DNA from: the human T2T-CHM13v2.0 reference genome, Homo sapiens
NCBI RefSeq assembly: GCF_009914755.1
Contig: NC_060926.1
DNA: 64,000 nt
Strand: one strand, 5' to 3'
Positions 61,560-64,000 of the stretch are shown piece by piece. Under the pieces are notes generated by a model, which searched no databases, was not told the DNA's origin, and saw nothing but the letters and a program-made list of their open reading frames with translations. Every line of letters starts with the position of its first letter. The first letter of the stretch is position 1. Both the position numbers and the translations under genes were made by a program.

Positions 61560-62460
61560 TCCCGAGGGTTCAGGGAGCGGGACGCAGGCTGGGGCTGCCT
61601 GGGGGACACGGGGCATCCCCACTAGGCGCGGCGGGGCCAGCGGACCTGCAGGGCCCAGAGCAGGGCCGGCAAACCCCGGTGCGCCCAGCGCGGCGCACTG
61701 CTGCCCGGGGTCGTGCTCTTCCCTCGCCAAGTCCGGCCTCCTACCCCCGGCTCGGCTCCTCCTCAGGACCAGGCTCTGGAACCCAGCTCCCACGTGGATC
61801 CACACGCACAGTGGGCTCAGACTACCAGGAGACACGGCCACAGCCACGCCCGCGACGCGAGGGCCCAGCGCTCTTCAGCTGCCCGGAAACAGCAGGGATT
61901 CGGTGAGAGCCTCACAGGAGCAGGGACCGACTCTATCAGCCCGGTTCGCCCCGCTGTCCCTGCCTAGCTCCGGCCTGCACAGTCCCTAGCGGGGGGCACT
62001 CGGAGGGACACACCCAGCTCTGTAAGGGGCCGGGGCGCGGGCCCAGTACAGGTCTGCGCGCCCGCAGTCTCCGAACGCTCACAGGACCAGGCCCCGCCCG
62101 CCACCCCGCGCCAGCCCCCGCCCGCCACCCCGCGCCAGCCCCCGCCCGCCACCCCGCGCCAGCCCCCGCGTCCGCCCCGCGCCAGCCCCCGCGTCCGCCC
62201 CGCGCCAGCCCCCGCGTCCGCCCCGCGCCAGCCCCCGCCTCCCGAGGCCGTCCCGAGCTTGCGCAGACGCGGCCGCCGCCGGGGCCCTTCAGAGCCAGCG
62301 CCGGTGGCGGGGTGCTGGCGCGGCGAAGCTGGAGAGGCGGGGCTCGCGGGCGCCTGTAGGACCTCCGCTGGGAGGGGCCGTGCTCGCCGGCCACGCGCCG
62401 GTTTTCACTCCGCTCTCCCCCAAGGGCAGGGACCTACAAGCATTTCCCTTCTCGCGCGTG
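61560..62460 (-). promoter_or_regulatory. CpG island / ZNF514 promoter and 5' region
   Basis: High GC and CpG density upstream of the ZNF514 coding exons. Confidence 0.88.
62091..62238. repeat. GC-rich minisatellite: 3 x 24 bp followed by 3 x 23 bp
   Basis: (cccccgcccgccaccccgcgccag)x3 then (cccccgcgtccgccccgcgccag)x3. Confidence 0.95.
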
Positions 62461-62489
62461 ACTTTGGTAGCTGAGCCTCATATCTCTCT

Positions 62490-62785
62490 CGTTTTTTGGG
62501 GGGAGGGGGGAGACAGCCTCACTCTGTCGCCCAGGTGGGAGTGCAGGGGCGCGCTCTCGGCTCACCGCAACCTGTCTTCTGGGTACAAGTAATTCTCGTG
62601 TCTCAGCCTCCGTAGGAGCTGGGATTACAGGTTCCCGCCACCACGCCCAGCTAATTTGTTGTATTTTTAGTGGAGACGGGGTTTCACTATGTTAGCCACG
62701 CTGGTCTCGAATTCTGACCTCAGATGATCCTCCCGCCTCAGCCTCCCAAAGTGCTGTGATTACAGGTGTGAGCCACCGCCCCCAA
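62490..62785 (-). mobile_element. AluS with a G/C-run in place of most of the tail
   Basis: 'ttttttggggggaggggggagacagcctcactctgtcgccc...gtgagccacc'. Confidence 0.85.
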
Positions 62786-63059
62786 CCTGCATATCTCGAT
62801 GTAAGGCTATTCAACAGAAGCCGCGTTCCTACCCTGGATCTGCTGAGTGAGGATTTCCAGGAGGCTCTCCTGGCGTGCCTAGGGGATACTGGGGACTCAG
62901 TGCTAGATACTGCTTCTACAGGCTGCCCCGTGCCTCTTGCCTTTCTCCATCTGCCCCTGAATTCAGCGAAGGGTGCTGAAGAACAAAAGAGGACTTTGAA
63001 CGCCCTCCTACTCCAGAAACAAATATCATTTAGGACCCAAAAGAAATGGAAAAACGGCC

Positions 63060-63722
<663 letters not shown>

Positions 63723-64000
63723 CAGTCTGAGTATTAAAACGGTGGTTTTCTGGAGGCAGTCCTCAGCCAGAGAAGGGCCACTTGTGAGGACAGAGAGATT
63801 GGTTTATCAACCCTATTTAGGAGTTCAGGACAAAATAACTTACAAAATCAAGGCAAAGACAAAATAACACGAAATCAAGGCAAAGAGACCATTCTCCTTT
63901 CCTGCTTTTGCAGTCTCTGTTTCACTTTTCTGCCAGCACTTCCAGTGGCACAGATGGCCAGGATGGCGCAGCAAGCAAGCCCTTTTCCACGCAGGGGGAC

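Noticed and set aside
62091-62238. CRISPR-like array or any prokaryotic defence system
   Set aside because: The repeats are head-to-tail without unique spacers, there are no cas-like genes, and the window is mammalian intron/repeat DNA.

Overview
This is primate (apparently human) genomic DNA, not prokaryotic, carrying two minus-strand genes. MRPS5 (mitoribosomal protein uS5m) coding exons 1-10 span 24294 to 2976; all junctions are GT-AG and the frame is continuous, and the last exons lie beyond the left edge. The KRAB zinc-finger gene ZNF514 reads as a 400-aa form from the KRAB-A ATG, or a 473-aa form using two upstream in-frame exons, with 7 intact C2H2 fingers. Each gene has a CpG-island promoter. 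The rest is mostly transposon relics: more than 30 Alus, L1 pieces, a MER11 solo LTR with a 6-bp TSD, ERVL and ERV1 internal remnants including an env TM remnant, full MST and MLT1 MaLR elements, MER4/LTR22/MER74-like/MER21-77-like LTRs and DNA transposons. The most notable unexplained structures are: (1) two interleaved ~150-175-bp inverted duplications templated into a MER4 LTR downstream of ZNF514; (2) a perfect 30-bp hairpin in MRPS5 intron 2 plus other fold-back palindromes; (3) a recursive-splice-type AG|GTAAGA start of MRPS5 exon 7; (4) a fossil zinc-finger array in the ZNF514 3' UTR behind a +1 frameshift in an A8 run; (5) tandem GTGA donors that could give KRAB-only ZNF514. Gene and repeat-family names come from recall of the sequences, not from a database search, and repeat boundaries without a stated TSD are approximate.
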